55,504 bases of DNA. It comes from an uncultured Rhodospirillaceae bacterium (GTDB lineage: Bacteria > Pseudomonadota > Alphaproteobacteria > GCA-2731375). Below, one piece after another: positions 19,922 through 29,700 of this stretch. Numbering within the stretch: position 1 is the first letter of the stretch; each line of letters opens with the position of its first letter. The translations under genes and the position numbers were made by a program. The notes beneath the pieces were generated by a model that saw nothing but the letters and a program-made list of their open reading frames with translations, made no database searches and had not been told where the DNA came from. The stretch is taken from positions 1-55,504 of the forward strand of contig CAZDQC010000006.1 in assembly GCA_964507245.1 (NCBI GenBank). The letters are read 5' to 3'.

Positions 19922-21553
19922 ATGCCGGCACTCGACTCGACTCTTGATGTACGATCGGATGAATTCCAAGAAAACCGCCGTAAAATTCTTGAAATGCTGG
20001 ATACCCTGGACGAGCTGCATGCAGAAGTAGCTCAGGGCGGCGGTGCGGAAGCCATGGCGCGTCTAGCTTCCCGGGGCAAAATGCCGATCCGGGAACGTAT
20101 CGCCCTGGTGTTGGATCGCGACAGCCCATTCATGGAAATCAGCCCTCTGGCTGCCTGGCGGTCGAATTTCAATGTGGGTTCGGGCTTCGTGGTGGGTCTG
20201 GGCGTCATCGAGAACACAGAATGTTTGATCCTCGGCCATGATCCCTCTGTCCGAGCAGGTGCCTTCAATCAGTTTAATGCCAAAAAATTAATGCGTGGAT
20301 TGGAAATAGCCCGTGAGAACCGCCTGCCCTACGTGCAATTTGTCGAATCTGCAGGCGCAGACCTACGTGGCGATGGCGACGGCGACCCGGAAGCCGCTAT
20401 CCGTCGCGAAGGTGGGCATTTTGCGGAATCTGGACGCTTGTTCTATGAAATTACTGAATTGTCAAAGTTACGAATTCCGACGATTTCCGTGGTCTTCGGA
20501 GCCTCCACTGCCGGTGGAGCCTATCAGCCAGGAATGAGTGACTACAACATTTTCGTAAAAAACCAGTCCAAGGTCTTTCTAGGCGGCCCGCCTCTGGTAA
20601 AAATGGCCACTGGCGAGGACGCAGACGAGGAAAGCCTAGGCGGGGCGGATATGCATACCCGTATCTCCGGACTGGGTGACTATCTGGCCGAGGATGAGGT
20701 CGACGGCATCCGAATTTGCCGCGAAGTAATCTCCCATTTGAACTGGCGGAAGAAAGGTCCAGGACCAACCCTTCCCGATGATCCGCCTTTATTTGACAAA
20801 GAAGATTTACTAGGCATCGTCAATGTAGACCTGCGGGTGCCCTTTGATATACGCGACATTATCGCCCGTATTGTAGACGGCTCTCGCTTCGAGGAATTTA
20901 AGCCACTTTACGGTCCTACCCTGGTAACCGGCTGGGCCTCTGTGCACGGCTACCCCGTCGGTATCGTGGCCAACAACGGCCCCTTGCTGTCGGAGTCATC
21001 TGAAAAGGCGGCGCAATTCATTCAGTTATGCAATCAGATCGACGTGCCGCTACTATTCCTTCACAACATCACCGGCTATATCGTTGGGACGGATTTTGAG
21101 CAGGGCGGTATCACCAAGAACGGCTCGAAAATGATCAATGCGGTGTCTAATTCATCGGTACCGCATATTTCCATTATCATCGGCGCCTCCTACGGGGCGG
21201 GCAATTACGGGATGAGCGGTCGTGCCTATGGAACCCGATTTACCTTCATCTGGCCCACCGCCAAAATCGCAGTCATGGGCCCAAAACAGATGGCCGGGGT
21301 CATGTCCATTGTACAGCGTGCAGCTTCTGAACGGCGGGGAATTGAATTCGACGAGGAAGCTGATGCTAAACGCGCAACCACAGTGGAGCATTGGGCGGAG
21401 GAACGTTCCAAAGGACTTTACGCAACATCTCGCGTTTCCGATGATGGCATGATCGATCCCCGGGATACCAGAACTTCAATCGCCATCGCACTATCAGTCT
21501 GTCACAACCAGGAAGTCAAAGGCACCAAGGAGTTCGGCACATGGCGGATGTAG
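19922..21553 (+). CDS. acyl-CoA carboxylase carboxyltransferase (beta) subunit, methylcrotonyl-/geranyl-CoA carboxylase-like
   Basis: 543 aa with the double crotonase-like carboxyltransferase architecture and N-terminal FQENRRKILEMLDTL...GGG. It pairs with the following biotin carboxylase. Confidence 0.9.
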   Translation: MPALDSTLDVRSDEFQENRRKILEMLDTLDELHAEVAQGGGAEAMARLASRGKMPIRERIALVLDRDSPFMEISPLAAWRSNFNVGSGFVVGLGVIENTECLILGHDPSVRAGAFNQFNAKKLMRGLEIARENRLPYVQFVESAGADLRGDGDGDPEAAIRREGGHFAESGRLFYEITELSKLRIPTISVVFGASTAGGAYQPGMSDYNIFVKNQSKVFLGGPPLVKMATGEDADEESLGGADMHTRISGLGDYLAEDEVDGIRICREVISHLNWRKKGPGPTLPDDPPLFDKEDLLGIVNVDLRVPFDIRDIIARIVDGSRFEEFKPLYGPTLVTGWASVHGYPVGIVANNGPLLSESSEKAAQFIQLCNQIDVPLLFLHNITGYIVGTDFEQGGITKNGSKMINAVSNSSVPHISIIIGASYGAGNYGMSGRAYGTRFTFIWPTAKIAVMGPKQMAGVMSIVQRAASERRGIEFDEEADAKRATTVEHWAEERSKGLYATSRVSDDGMIDPRDTRTSIAIALSVCHNQEVKGTKEFGTWRM

Positions 21554-23523
21554 CCACGAAACAAATTACCCGCCTGCTGATCGCCAATCGCGGCGAGATT
21601 GCCCATCGAATAATTCGTACAGCCCACGAAATGGGCATCAACACTGTCGCCATCTATGCAGATAGCGATGCTAGCGCAACGTTCGTACGAGAAGCTGACC
21701 AGGCCATTGCCCTGAAAGGTAAAACCTCAGCTGAAACCTACCTTAATGTGGCCAAAGTGCTAGATGCCTGCAAGCGCACAGACGCCGACGCGGTGCACCC
21801 TGGCTACGGTTTTCTCGCTGAGAATTCGGAATTTGCCAAGGCGGTCATAACTGCCGGCATGGTTTGGGTTGGACCGTCAGTCAAAGCCATTAGCGCCATG
21901 GCCGATAAAATCTCTGCCAAGCGCCTAATGAAAGAAGCAGACGTCCCGACACTCCCAGCGCATGAGTTGGGTACAGATGACGACATTTTCACTGCCGCCA
22001 AGGAAATCGGGTATCCGGTTTTAGTCAAGGCTTCCGCCGGCGGCGGGGGGCGCGGCATGCGGGTTGTCAAGACTAAAGGAGATCTTGCGGAAGCTGTTGA
22101 TAGTGCTCGGCGAGAGGCAAGTGCGGCCTTCGGCGACGATACACTATTTTTGGAACGCTGGTTGGCTACATCGCGTCATGTGGAGATCCAAATTTTGGGT
22201 GATCTGCATGGCAATTTAGTACATCTTTTTGAACGGGAATGTTCGATCCAGCGCCGCCATCAGAAGATAATAGAAGAAGCACCCTCCCCCGCCGTCAAAC
22301 CGGAGATCCGCGCCCGCATGGGTGAGGCGGCGCTATCGGTCGCGCGCAAGCTGGATTATGCTTCCGCTGGAACTGTCGAGTTTTTGCTCGACGGCGAGGA
22401 ATTCTGGTTTCTTGAAGTCAATACGCGGCTGCAGGTTGAACATCCCGTCACGGAGGAGATTACCGGCCTGGATCTGGTACGTGAACAACTACGCATTGCC
22501 GCAGGGGAAGAGCTTGGCTACAACCAGGATGATCTGACCATTGACGGCCATGCCATAGAGGCTCGAATTTACGCCGAAGATCCTGTCAACGATTTCCTAC
22601 CCTCGCCAGGCACGGTAGTCATCTGGGAGCCTGATCTGACAACAGGCGCCCGCTTTGAAGCTGGGATCGAGACTGGCAGTATAATTAGCCCAGAGTTCGA
22701 CCCAATGATTGCCAAGGTGATTGTTAAAGCCCGCGACCGCCAAGAAGCCGCTCGCCGCCTGGCGCGGGTTTTGGAAAAAACCCGGCTGCAGGGCATTACC
22801 AACAATCGGGACTTCCTCATATCCACTTTACAATCGCCGGAATTCATAGCGGGTGACACCACTACCGACTTCATCGAACGGGTCAACCCAAGCAGATCAC
22901 AGCAGATGGCTCCGATGGATATACATCACAGCGCAATCGCTGCCGTCATTGTTGCGCAGGCGCAACGGCGTGCGCAAGCACGTGTTCTAGAGACCCTCCC
23001 TAGCGGCTGGCGCAATTCAAAAATGCCTCCTGAACGGGTTACCTTCCGCCAAGGTGAAGACGAATTCATTGTCGCCTATCGGACACAACGGAACGGAAAT
23101 TTTAAGGTTTCCATTGGCAGCGTTGACTACGGGGTAGCTGTATTTTCAGTTGATGACCACAACGTAGATCTAGAAATTGACGGTCGAAGGGTTAGCGCGT
23201 CCATCACTCAGGCCGGCGATAATTGGCTTGTCCACGCTGCCCGTGGCGGGATTGAACTCCAAGAACTACCGAGATTCCCGGACAGCAAACAGGTGGATTT
23301 CACCGGCGGACTTGTTGCACCCATGCCCGGTAATGTAACTACCACTCACGTGGAGGAAGGTGCGGCCGTGGAGGAAGGCCAACTATTGCTAATTCTCGAG
23401 GCCATGAAGATGGAACACCGTATTACCGCCCCGGTTTCAGGCATAGTGAAACAAATGCGCGTCTCCGTCGGTGACCAGGTTGACAACGGTGAACTACTGG
23501 TGGTGCTGGAAGAGGTGGAGTAG
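21541..23523 (+). CDS. acyl-CoA carboxylase alpha subunit (biotin carboxylase + BCCP)
   Basis: LLIANRGEIAHRIIRT at the N-terminus, an ATP-grasp domain, and the C-terminal biotinylation motif LILEAMKMEH. 13-nt overlap with the beta subunit. Confidence 0.9.
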   Translation: MADVATKQITRLLIANRGEIAHRIIRTAHEMGINTVAIYADSDASATFVREADQAIALKGKTSAETYLNVAKVLDACKRTDADAVHPGYGFLAENSEFAKAVITAGMVWVGPSVKAISAMADKISAKRLMKEADVPTLPAHELGTDDDIFTAAKEIGYPVLVKASAGGGGRGMRVVKTKGDLAEAVDSARREASAAFGDDTLFLERWLATSRHVEIQILGDLHGNLVHLFERECSIQRRHQKIIEEAPSPAVKPEIRARMGEAALSVARKLDYASAGTVEFLLDGEEFWFLEVNTRLQVEHPVTEEITGLDLVREQLRIAAGEELGYNQDDLTIDGHAIEARIYAEDPVNDFLPSPGTVVIWEPDLTTGARFEAGIETGSIISPEFDPMIAKVIVKARDRQEAARRLARVLEKTRLQGITNNRDFLISTLQSPEFIAGDTTTDFIERVNPSRSQQMAPMDIHHSAIAAVIVAQAQRRAQARVLETLPSGWRNSKMPPERVTFRQGEDEFIVAYRTQRNGNFKVSIGSVDYGVAVFSVDDHNVDLEIDGRRVSASITQAGDNWLVHAARGGIELQELPRFPDSKQVDFTGGLVAPMPGNVTTTHVEEGAAVEEGQLLLILEAMKMEHRITAPVSGIVKQMRVSVGDQVDNGELLVVLEEVE

Positions 23524-23705
23524 GCCTCGCCACGTCACCTTCCCAAAAAGACTTTGCTAAGTAATTATGTCTTGCGGCCGGAAATGCTAACTCGCCAGGT
23601 ATCCATATATGGACAAACTGCCTGAGCTTAAGGCTGCTGGCATTATCGGCGATCAACCCATTGCGCCCGAGCGACCGGGCACATCCGTGTCATGAGGAGT
23701 ATACT

Positions 23706-25154
23706 ATGGCGGAGACGGAACTTTTTCAGCTGACAGCACGGGAAGCTGTGGCACGCCTGAAAGCAGGAGAGATTTCACCCTTAGATTTGATTGACGCAGC
23801 CGAGGCACGAATTTTGGCTATCGATCATGACATCAATGCGTTGCCAACCTTGTGTCTGGATCGGGCACGAGACCACGCCAGAGAACTCATAGCCGGCAAA
23901 AGATGCGATGCCCGGGACGAACCAGGCTGGCTGGCGGGCCTGCCGGTGGCTATTAAGGACCTGGCAGATGTCGCCGGGGTGCGCACAACGTACGGCTCTC
24001 CCATATTCGCTGATCACGTGCCGGAATCCTCTCATCCTCTAGTTGAACGTATCGAGCGCAAGGGCGGGGTCGTCATTGCCAAATCCAACACCCCAGAATT
24101 TGGCGCCGGTGGCTCCACCTTCAATAAAATCTTTGGGAAAACCAGAAACCCCTGGAACACTTCTCTGACACCAGCCGGCTCGACGGGCGGCGGTGCGGCA
24201 GCCCTGGCGGCAGGCGAAATTTGGCTTGCCCACGGTAGTGATCACGGGGGCAGCCTGCGCCGGCCGGCCACCTATACTTCCGTGGTTGGTCTGCGCCCAT
24301 CGCCAGGCCGGGTGACCAGAGGTACGGTCGACACACTATTCTCACCGCTGTCTGTACAAGGCCCCATGGCGCGTAACGTGCCTGACCTAGCACTATTTTT
24401 GGACACTATGGCCGGTTTTTGCCCTACCGATCCTTTAACCTTTGACGCCCCTCCCATACCCTTTTTCGAAGCAGTACGTACAGAGCGATCACCGCGCCGG
24501 GTGGCCTATGCGGAAACCATCGGTCAATCTCCCGTGGACAAAGAAACCAGGGAACTTTGTCGCGCCGCTATGAAAGCTTTCGAGGCGTTAGGCGCGGCGG
24601 TCGAGGAGATCAGAATTGATATCCCTGACGTGGAGAATACCTTCCTGGCGCTGCGGTCACAGCAATTCGTCATTGACCGGGAACTGCAATTGCAAAGCCA
24701 TCGAGACAAAATCAAGCCGGATATCATCTGGAATACAGAAATTGGCCTGAAACAATCAATTTCGGATCTGGCTGCGGCTGAACGGGGCCGCACAGCCCTC
24801 TACCGGCAATTCGCCGACCTGTTTAACCAATACGATCTGATCGTCACTCCAGGCGCTAATACGCCAGCCTTCGACGTGGATCTACGTCATCCAGAGGTTA
24901 TCGACGGCGTCAAATTGGAACATTACATGGCCGCATCCACTCTGACCGCCGCCGTCACATTGTCTGCCTCACCCGCCCTGGCCCTTCCCTGTGGATTTGA
25001 CCAATACGGGCGGCCCATCGGCCTGCAGGTCGTGGGCCGGCCGCGGGGAGAAGCGGAATTGCTAGCTGCCTGCGCCCTTTACGAGCGCGAAAGCAGTTTA
25101 GACGAGCAAATTCCCATCGACCCTCGCGCCGGGACAGTGCCGCCGGTGGATTAG
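23706..25154 (+). CDS. amidase-signature family amidase
   Basis: AIKDL Lys and the GSTGGGAAALAAG...GSDHGGSLRRPA signature. GAGGAG RBS before ATG 23706. Confidence 0.85.
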   Translation: MAETELFQLTAREAVARLKAGEISPLDLIDAAEARILAIDHDINALPTLCLDRARDHARELIAGKRCDARDEPGWLAGLPVAIKDLADVAGVRTTYGSPIFADHVPESSHPLVERIERKGGVVIAKSNTPEFGAGGSTFNKIFGKTRNPWNTSLTPAGSTGGGAAALAAGEIWLAHGSDHGGSLRRPATYTSVVGLRPSPGRVTRGTVDTLFSPLSVQGPMARNVPDLALFLDTMAGFCPTDPLTFDAPPIPFFEAVRTERSPRRVAYAETIGQSPVDKETRELCRAAMKAFEALGAAVEEIRIDIPDVENTFLALRSQQFVIDRELQLQSHRDKIKPDIIWNTEIGLKQSISDLAAAERGRTALYRQFADLFNQYDLIVTPGANTPAFDVDLRHPEVIDGVKLEHYMAASTLTAAVTLSASPALALPCGFDQYGRPIGLQVVGRPRGEAELLAACALYERESSLDEQIPIDPRAGTVPPVD

Positions 25155-25262
25155 TGAAACTCGGCAACAAAACTGTGAATCAGAAAATAGTCATCCTGAA
25201 AAATGGATAGCCGTATGTTTGAAGTTATTGGTTTAATAAGATAGTTCCTAGAAACCGTGCGA

Positions 25263-26786
25263 TCAGTAGGTAGAATCCGGAACGGCCGCCTTCTTATTAG
25301 TAATAAACTCGCTCAAGGATTCGTCAATGGCCGGGTCTAACTCTGGCGCCATATAATCAGTTAGCAATTGTTTCCAAAGGCCATTGGCCCGCGCGGTCGC
25401 ATCCAGACTACCGTCAATCTCCCATTGTTCCACCGAATTGTTATCGGCAATTCCCGAAATATAAAATGCCTGCTCAAAATTGCGTTGAGTATGATCGCAA
25501 CCCAGGAAGTGACCGCCCGGACCGACCTCGTGAATAGCGTCCATGGCCTGGCCGTTTTCAGATAAATCAACACCCTTGGCATAGACCGCCATCATACCCA
25601 ACTGGTCACAGTCCATGACGAATTTTTCATAGGAAGAACAAAGCCCCCCTTCCAGCCAACCTGCCCCATGGAGAACGAAATTAACGCCACCGTTCATGGT
25701 GGCTTGCAAAGTATTGGCGCTTTCATAGGCGGCCTGAGCATCGGTTATCTTAGATGCACATAGGGCGCCTCCGGACCGAAATGGCAAGTTTAGGCGTCGG
25801 GCCAGTTGCGCCGCACCCAGCAGCAACAGATTAGATTCTGGCGTTCCGAAGGTTGGTGCTCCGGACTGCATGGAGATAGAAGAAACGAAGGTCCCGAAGA
25901 TCACGGGCACGCCCGGCCGGATGATCTGGGTCAAAGCCACACCGGCCATGGCCTCAGCCAGCAATTGGCTCAGCGTGCCAGCAACCGTCACCGGGCTCAT
26001 GGCCCCGGACAATATAAAGGGTGATACCACACAAGCCTGATGATGGCGGGCGTAGACCTTCAAGGCGCCCAGCATGGTGCCGTCGAACAGCAAAGGCGAG
26101 TTGGCGTTAATCAGGTTCACCATGACCACGTTTTGCTCGACGAATTCATCACCGAATACCAGCTTAGCCATATCAACACTGTCTTGGGCCCGATCTGGTG
26201 CCGTCACCGATCCCATGAACGGCTTGTCGGACAATTTGATATGACTATAGACCATATCCAGGTGGCGTTTATTAACTGGCAGATCCACTGGCTCGCACAC
26301 CGTGCCGCCGGAATGGTGTATATGGGGTGATAGATAGGCCAGCTTCACAAAATTGCGGAAATCCTCAATCGTGCCATAGCGGCGGCCGCCATCCATATCC
26401 CGCACAAACGGTGGGCCATAAACCGGAGCGAACACCATATTGTCGCCGCCAATCTCTACGCTGCGGGCAGGATTACGTGCATGCTGAGTAAATTGCGCAG
26501 GCGCCGTGGCAATTAATTGCCGTAACAACCCTTTTGGAAATCGTACTCGCTGGCCCTGAACGTCAGCGCCAGCGCCGCGCCAAAGATTCAGAACTTCATC
26601 GTCATCTCTAAATTCAATGCCGATGTCCTGTAACAGTTGATCCGCATTCGCCTCAATTTGAGCCAGCCCTTCTTCGTTCAAGACTTCCTGACAGGGTACA
26701 CGGCGGATGAGATAGGGTGCTGAAACGGTCATTTTGGCGGCTCGGCTTTCCCGCCTTGCGGCACGTCCTCCGGATCGTCTGGCCAT
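25263..26786 (-). CDS. MttB-superfamily (trimethylamine methyltransferase family) substrate:corrinoid methyltransferase, non-pyrrolysine type
   Basis: 507-aa uninterrupted ORF with no in-frame TAG. It has the Arg-rich N-terminus (MARRSGGRAARRESRAAK) I recall from bacterial MttB homologues and a TIM-barrel-length body. It is clustered with a corrinoid protein, an activase and a pterin methyltransferase. Confidence 0.8.
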   Translation of the reverse strand: MARRSGGRAARRESRAAKMTVSAPYLIRRVPCQEVLNEEGLAQIEANADQLLQDIGIEFRDDDEVLNLWRGAGADVQGQRVRFPKGLLRQLIATAPAQFTQHARNPARSVEIGGDNMVFAPVYGPPFVRDMDGGRRYGTIEDFRNFVKLAYLSPHIHHSGGTVCEPVDLPVNKRHLDMVYSHIKLSDKPFMGSVTAPDRAQDSVDMAKLVFGDEFVEQNVVMVNLINANSPLLFDGTMLGALKVYARHHQACVVSPFILSGAMSPVTVAGTLSQLLAEAMAGVALTQIIRPGVPVIFGTFVSSISMQSGAPTFGTPESNLLLLGAAQLARRLNLPFRSGGALCASKITDAQAAYESANTLQATMNGGVNFVLHGAGWLEGGLCSSYEKFVMDCDQLGMMAVYAKGVDLSENGQAMDAIHEVGPGGHFLGCDHTQRNFEQAFYISGIADNNSVEQWEIDGSLDATARANGLWKQLLTDYMAPELDPAIDESLSEFITNKKAAVPDSTY

Positions 26787-27021
26787 AACTGAACCTACCC
26801 CTATTCAAATACCGGTTCAAACGCCACTGTTCTAACAAAAACTACCCGTCAAAGATCATAGAACTATTTCAGGGACGCCTGTAAGTATCCAAATCACGAC
26901 AGGAATTGGCGCAACTGTATCGGCGTAAATGGGATTGCTCTTGTCACATCGTGTTTAGCACGCCAAATTCATAAGAATTTGCTTGCCATCGTCGAATTGG
27001 GAAATTGACGAAAGGGTTACA

Positions 27022-27624
27022 ATGAACGGCAATGGACAAACCCTGCTGATTTGTTGCGGCGCCACAGCGCGGGAGATAACGGTACCCATAGACGGCAATG
27101 GCCTGGATTACATGAAAGTGGAGGGCTTGCCTGCCAGTCTGCATAATAGACCGAAATTCATCCCTGAACGGGTGCACAAAAAGATTAGGGCGAACCGGGA
27201 CGGGTTCGAACGCATCCCGGTTTTGTATAGTGACTGCGGCACTGGGGGACAATTGCAGAAGGTGCTGGATGAGGAAGGTGTTCACGGATTGGGCGGAACC
27301 CACTGTTACGAAATGTATGCTGGCGTAACTGCCTTTGCCGCAATTACTGAGGACGAAGTCTGTTGTTTTTTTCTCACCGATTATATGACCCAACACTTTG
27401 AACGGTTGGTCATCCAAGGTCTTAGTCTGGATAGACACCCGGAGTTGCGGGACAGTTACTTCGCCAACTACCAGAAAGTTGTCAGTCTCGCGCAGAGAGA
27501 TGAACCGGCGTTGCGTGATTTGGCCGCTTCCGCCGCCGGCCGATTGGGATTAGATCTAGAAATTCGACAAACCGGATACGGCAACTATCGCGACTTCATT
27601 TCGCACCATGCCAGAACATCCTGA
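27022..27624 (+). CDS. DUF1638 domain protein
   Basis: About 200 aa starting MNGNGQTLLICCGA...DYMKVEGLPASLHNRP. As far as I recall, DUF1638 is a family usually found beside corrinoid methyltransferase genes. 17-nt overlap with the activase gene. I prefer ATG 27022 to TTG 26983. Confidence 0.65.
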   Translation: MNGNGQTLLICCGATAREITVPIDGNGLDYMKVEGLPASLHNRPKFIPERVHKKIRANRDGFERIPVLYSDCGTGGQLQKVLDEEGVHGLGGTHCYEMYAGVTAFAAITEDEVCCFFLTDYMTQHFERLVIQGLSLDRHPELRDSYFANYQKVVSLAQRDEPALRDLAASAAGRLGLDLEIRQTGYGNYRDFISHHARTS

Positions 27625-29614
27625 TCCGAAACAGCACATCTGTGAAACTACGGTGGTCTTCATGCCATCGGGTCTACGCGGGCACTTTTCCAAAGGCACA
27701 ACCTTACTGGCGGCTGCGCGATCGCTAGGCGTTGATATAGATTCGGTTTGCGGCGGGCGGGGCATCTGCGGACGCTGTCAGGTGACCGTGGCGGAAGGCG
27801 AATTTGCCAAGCTGGGTATACAATCGCGGAACGAGCATCTGGCCGCCTTCGCGGATAATGAAATTCGCTTTAACGGACGAAAAGGACTCCTACCTGGCGG
27901 CCGGTTAAGTTGTTCGGCAAGACTGACCGGCGACATCGTGATCGATGTACCCGCGGAAAGCCAGATTTACCGGCAAATCGTTCGAAAACGCACAAACGCC
28001 CGGACCGTGCGGATCGACCCCATCATCCGGCCCCTCTATGTGGATTTTTATGAAAATTCGTCCGATGCACCCGTCACCCGACTGCGCGCCGCCCTGCGAA
28101 AACAATGGCAAATCGACGCCACGGTGCAGGAGACCGTGACAACTCAACTGAAGGGTGACGAAAAAAATCTTACGGTTGCTCTGCGGGAGGAAAAGCATGT
28201 TGTCGCAGCCTGGTCGGGTTTTCGCGAAAACCTAGCGGGCCTGTCGGTGGACATCGGCTCAACCACTGTTGCTGCGCAACTCTCGAACTTGGGAAGCGGC
28301 GAGATCATGTCGGAAGCAGGCATCATGAACCCGCAAATACGATACGGCGAGGATGTAATGAGCCGTGTCTCTTACGTCATGCTGAACCCCGGCGGCCAAG
28401 ATTTACTTACAAATGCCATTCGAACCGCAATCCAAGATTTGGCTACAGACTGCGCCCAGACCGCCAGGATCACTCGCCAGGATATCGTGGAGTTGACCAT
28501 CGTAGGAAATCCCATAATGCACCATCTTTTCCTCGGATTGGATGTGGTTCCCTTAGGCCAAGCACCCTTTCCCTTAGCTGAGGACGGTCCGATTACATGC
28601 CTGGCGAGCGCACTTAACCTCGATCTTAATCCAGGTGCCCATGTCCACATCCTACCCTGCATCGCCGGACACGTGGGCGCCGATACCGCGGCCGTAATCC
28701 TGTCTGAGGCGCCTCAGGAGAGCGAGGACACCACCTTACTCGTGGATATAGGAACCAACGCGGAAATTGTCCTAGGTAACCGGATGCGGCTGTTAGCTTG
28801 CTCAAGCCCCACGGGTCCGGCATTTGAAGGGGCTCAGATTTCATGTGGGCAACGGGCAGCAGCCGGAGCCATCGAACGTGTACGGGTCGATCCCGTGACT
28901 TTAGAACCCCGTTTCAAGGTCATAGGCTCAGACTTGTGGTCAGACGATCTGGAGTTTCTTTCCTCAGTCGGGGATATAGGTGTGACCGGCATCTGCGGCT
29001 CCGGCATTATCGAGGCGCTAGCGGAACTATTCTTATGCAGCGCCGTCAGATCCGATGGCCTATTCGATCCCGATAAGGCCGTAATGAATTCGCGCCTTGA
29101 AAAGGACGGACAGACCTATCGGTATCTTCTGCATGCGGGACCACCTGCCATTCACATAACCCAGCTAGACATCCGTAACATACAATTGGCAAAGGGCGCG
29201 GTATATGCCGGCGCCCGGTTGTTGATGGACAAATTAGCCGTGGATCACGTGGATCGGATCGTGCTGACTGGTGCCTTTGGCAGCTACATTGATCCCAAAT
29301 TCGCCATGGTTCTGGGGCTGATCCCTGATTGTCCACTGTCAAAGGTCTCTGCCGCCGGAAATGCCGCAGGTACAGGTGCTCGCATTGCCCTCTTGGATAA
29401 GGCAGCGCGAACGGAAATTGAAAGGGTCGTCCAGGATGTGGAGAAGATAGAGACAGCACTGGACCCCAATTTCCAGGATCAGTTTGTAGGTGCCATGGCG
29501 TTTCCTCACGAAATTCACACCTTTCCCCATTTATCGAAGGAAGTCGCCATACCCCGTCAGGAAACTGCGGTTTCCTTGAAACGGCAACGACGCGGCCGGC
29601 GGCGGCAAAGATAA
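27608..29614 (+). CDS. corrinoid reductive activase (RACo/RamA-like: N-terminal 2Fe-2S ferredoxin + ASKHA ATPase domain)
   Basis: Plant-type ferredoxin motif SVCGGRGICGRCQV...LSCSA, then an actin-like ATPase body (VDIGSTTVAAQL, LVDIGTNAEIVLG, TGAFGSYIDP). C-terminal KRQRRGRRRQR tail. Confidence 0.8.
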   Translation: MPEHPDPKQHICETTVVFMPSGLRGHFSKGTTLLAAARSLGVDIDSVCGGRGICGRCQVTVAEGEFAKLGIQSRNEHLAAFADNEIRFNGRKGLLPGGRLSCSARLTGDIVIDVPAESQIYRQIVRKRTNARTVRIDPIIRPLYVDFYENSSDAPVTRLRAALRKQWQIDATVQETVTTQLKGDEKNLTVALREEKHVVAAWSGFRENLAGLSVDIGSTTVAAQLSNLGSGEIMSEAGIMNPQIRYGEDVMSRVSYVMLNPGGQDLLTNAIRTAIQDLATDCAQTARITRQDIVELTIVGNPIMHHLFLGLDVVPLGQAPFPLAEDGPITCLASALNLDLNPGAHVHILPCIAGHVGADTAAVILSEAPQESEDTTLLVDIGTNAEIVLGNRMRLLACSSPTGPAFEGAQISCGQRAAAGAIERVRVDPVTLEPRFKVIGSDLWSDDLEFLSSVGDIGVTGICGSGIIEALAELFLCSAVRSDGLFDPDKAVMNSRLEKDGQTYRYLLHAGPPAIHITQLDIRNIQLAKGAVYAGARLLMDKLAVDHVDRIVLTGAFGSYIDPKFAMVLGLIPDCPLSKVSAAGNAAGTGARIALLDKAARTEIERVVQDVEKIETALDPNFQDQFVGAMAFPHEIHTFPHLSKEVAIPRQETAVSLKRQRRGRRRQR

Positions 29615-29700
29615 GGCGTGTTAACCACTTGTCGCTGACACCTGGACCCCACTATCATCGCAGCGCATAACTCTCGCCAGCGTGGATGGGATAGCTGCTC

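Noticed and set aside
19922-23523. I considered naming the carboxylase genes liuB/liuD or atuC/atuF.
   Set aside because: Substrate class (methylcrotonyl- vs geranyl- vs other acyl-CoA) cannot be determined without phylogeny. The companion liu/atu genes are missing from the locus.
25263-26786. I checked for an in-frame amber (pyrrolysine) codon in the MttB homologue.
   Set aside because: The ORF is continuous for 507 codons with no internal TAG, and no pyl genes are present. It is a non-Pyl family member.
26944-27438. A 164-aa minus-strand ORF spans the mttB/DUF1638 divergent region.
   Set aside because: It overlaps the DUF1638 gene on the opposite strand. It has no recognisable motifs, and its 'start' lies inside DUF1638 coding sequence. 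The DUF1638 frame has the better RBS and operon logic.
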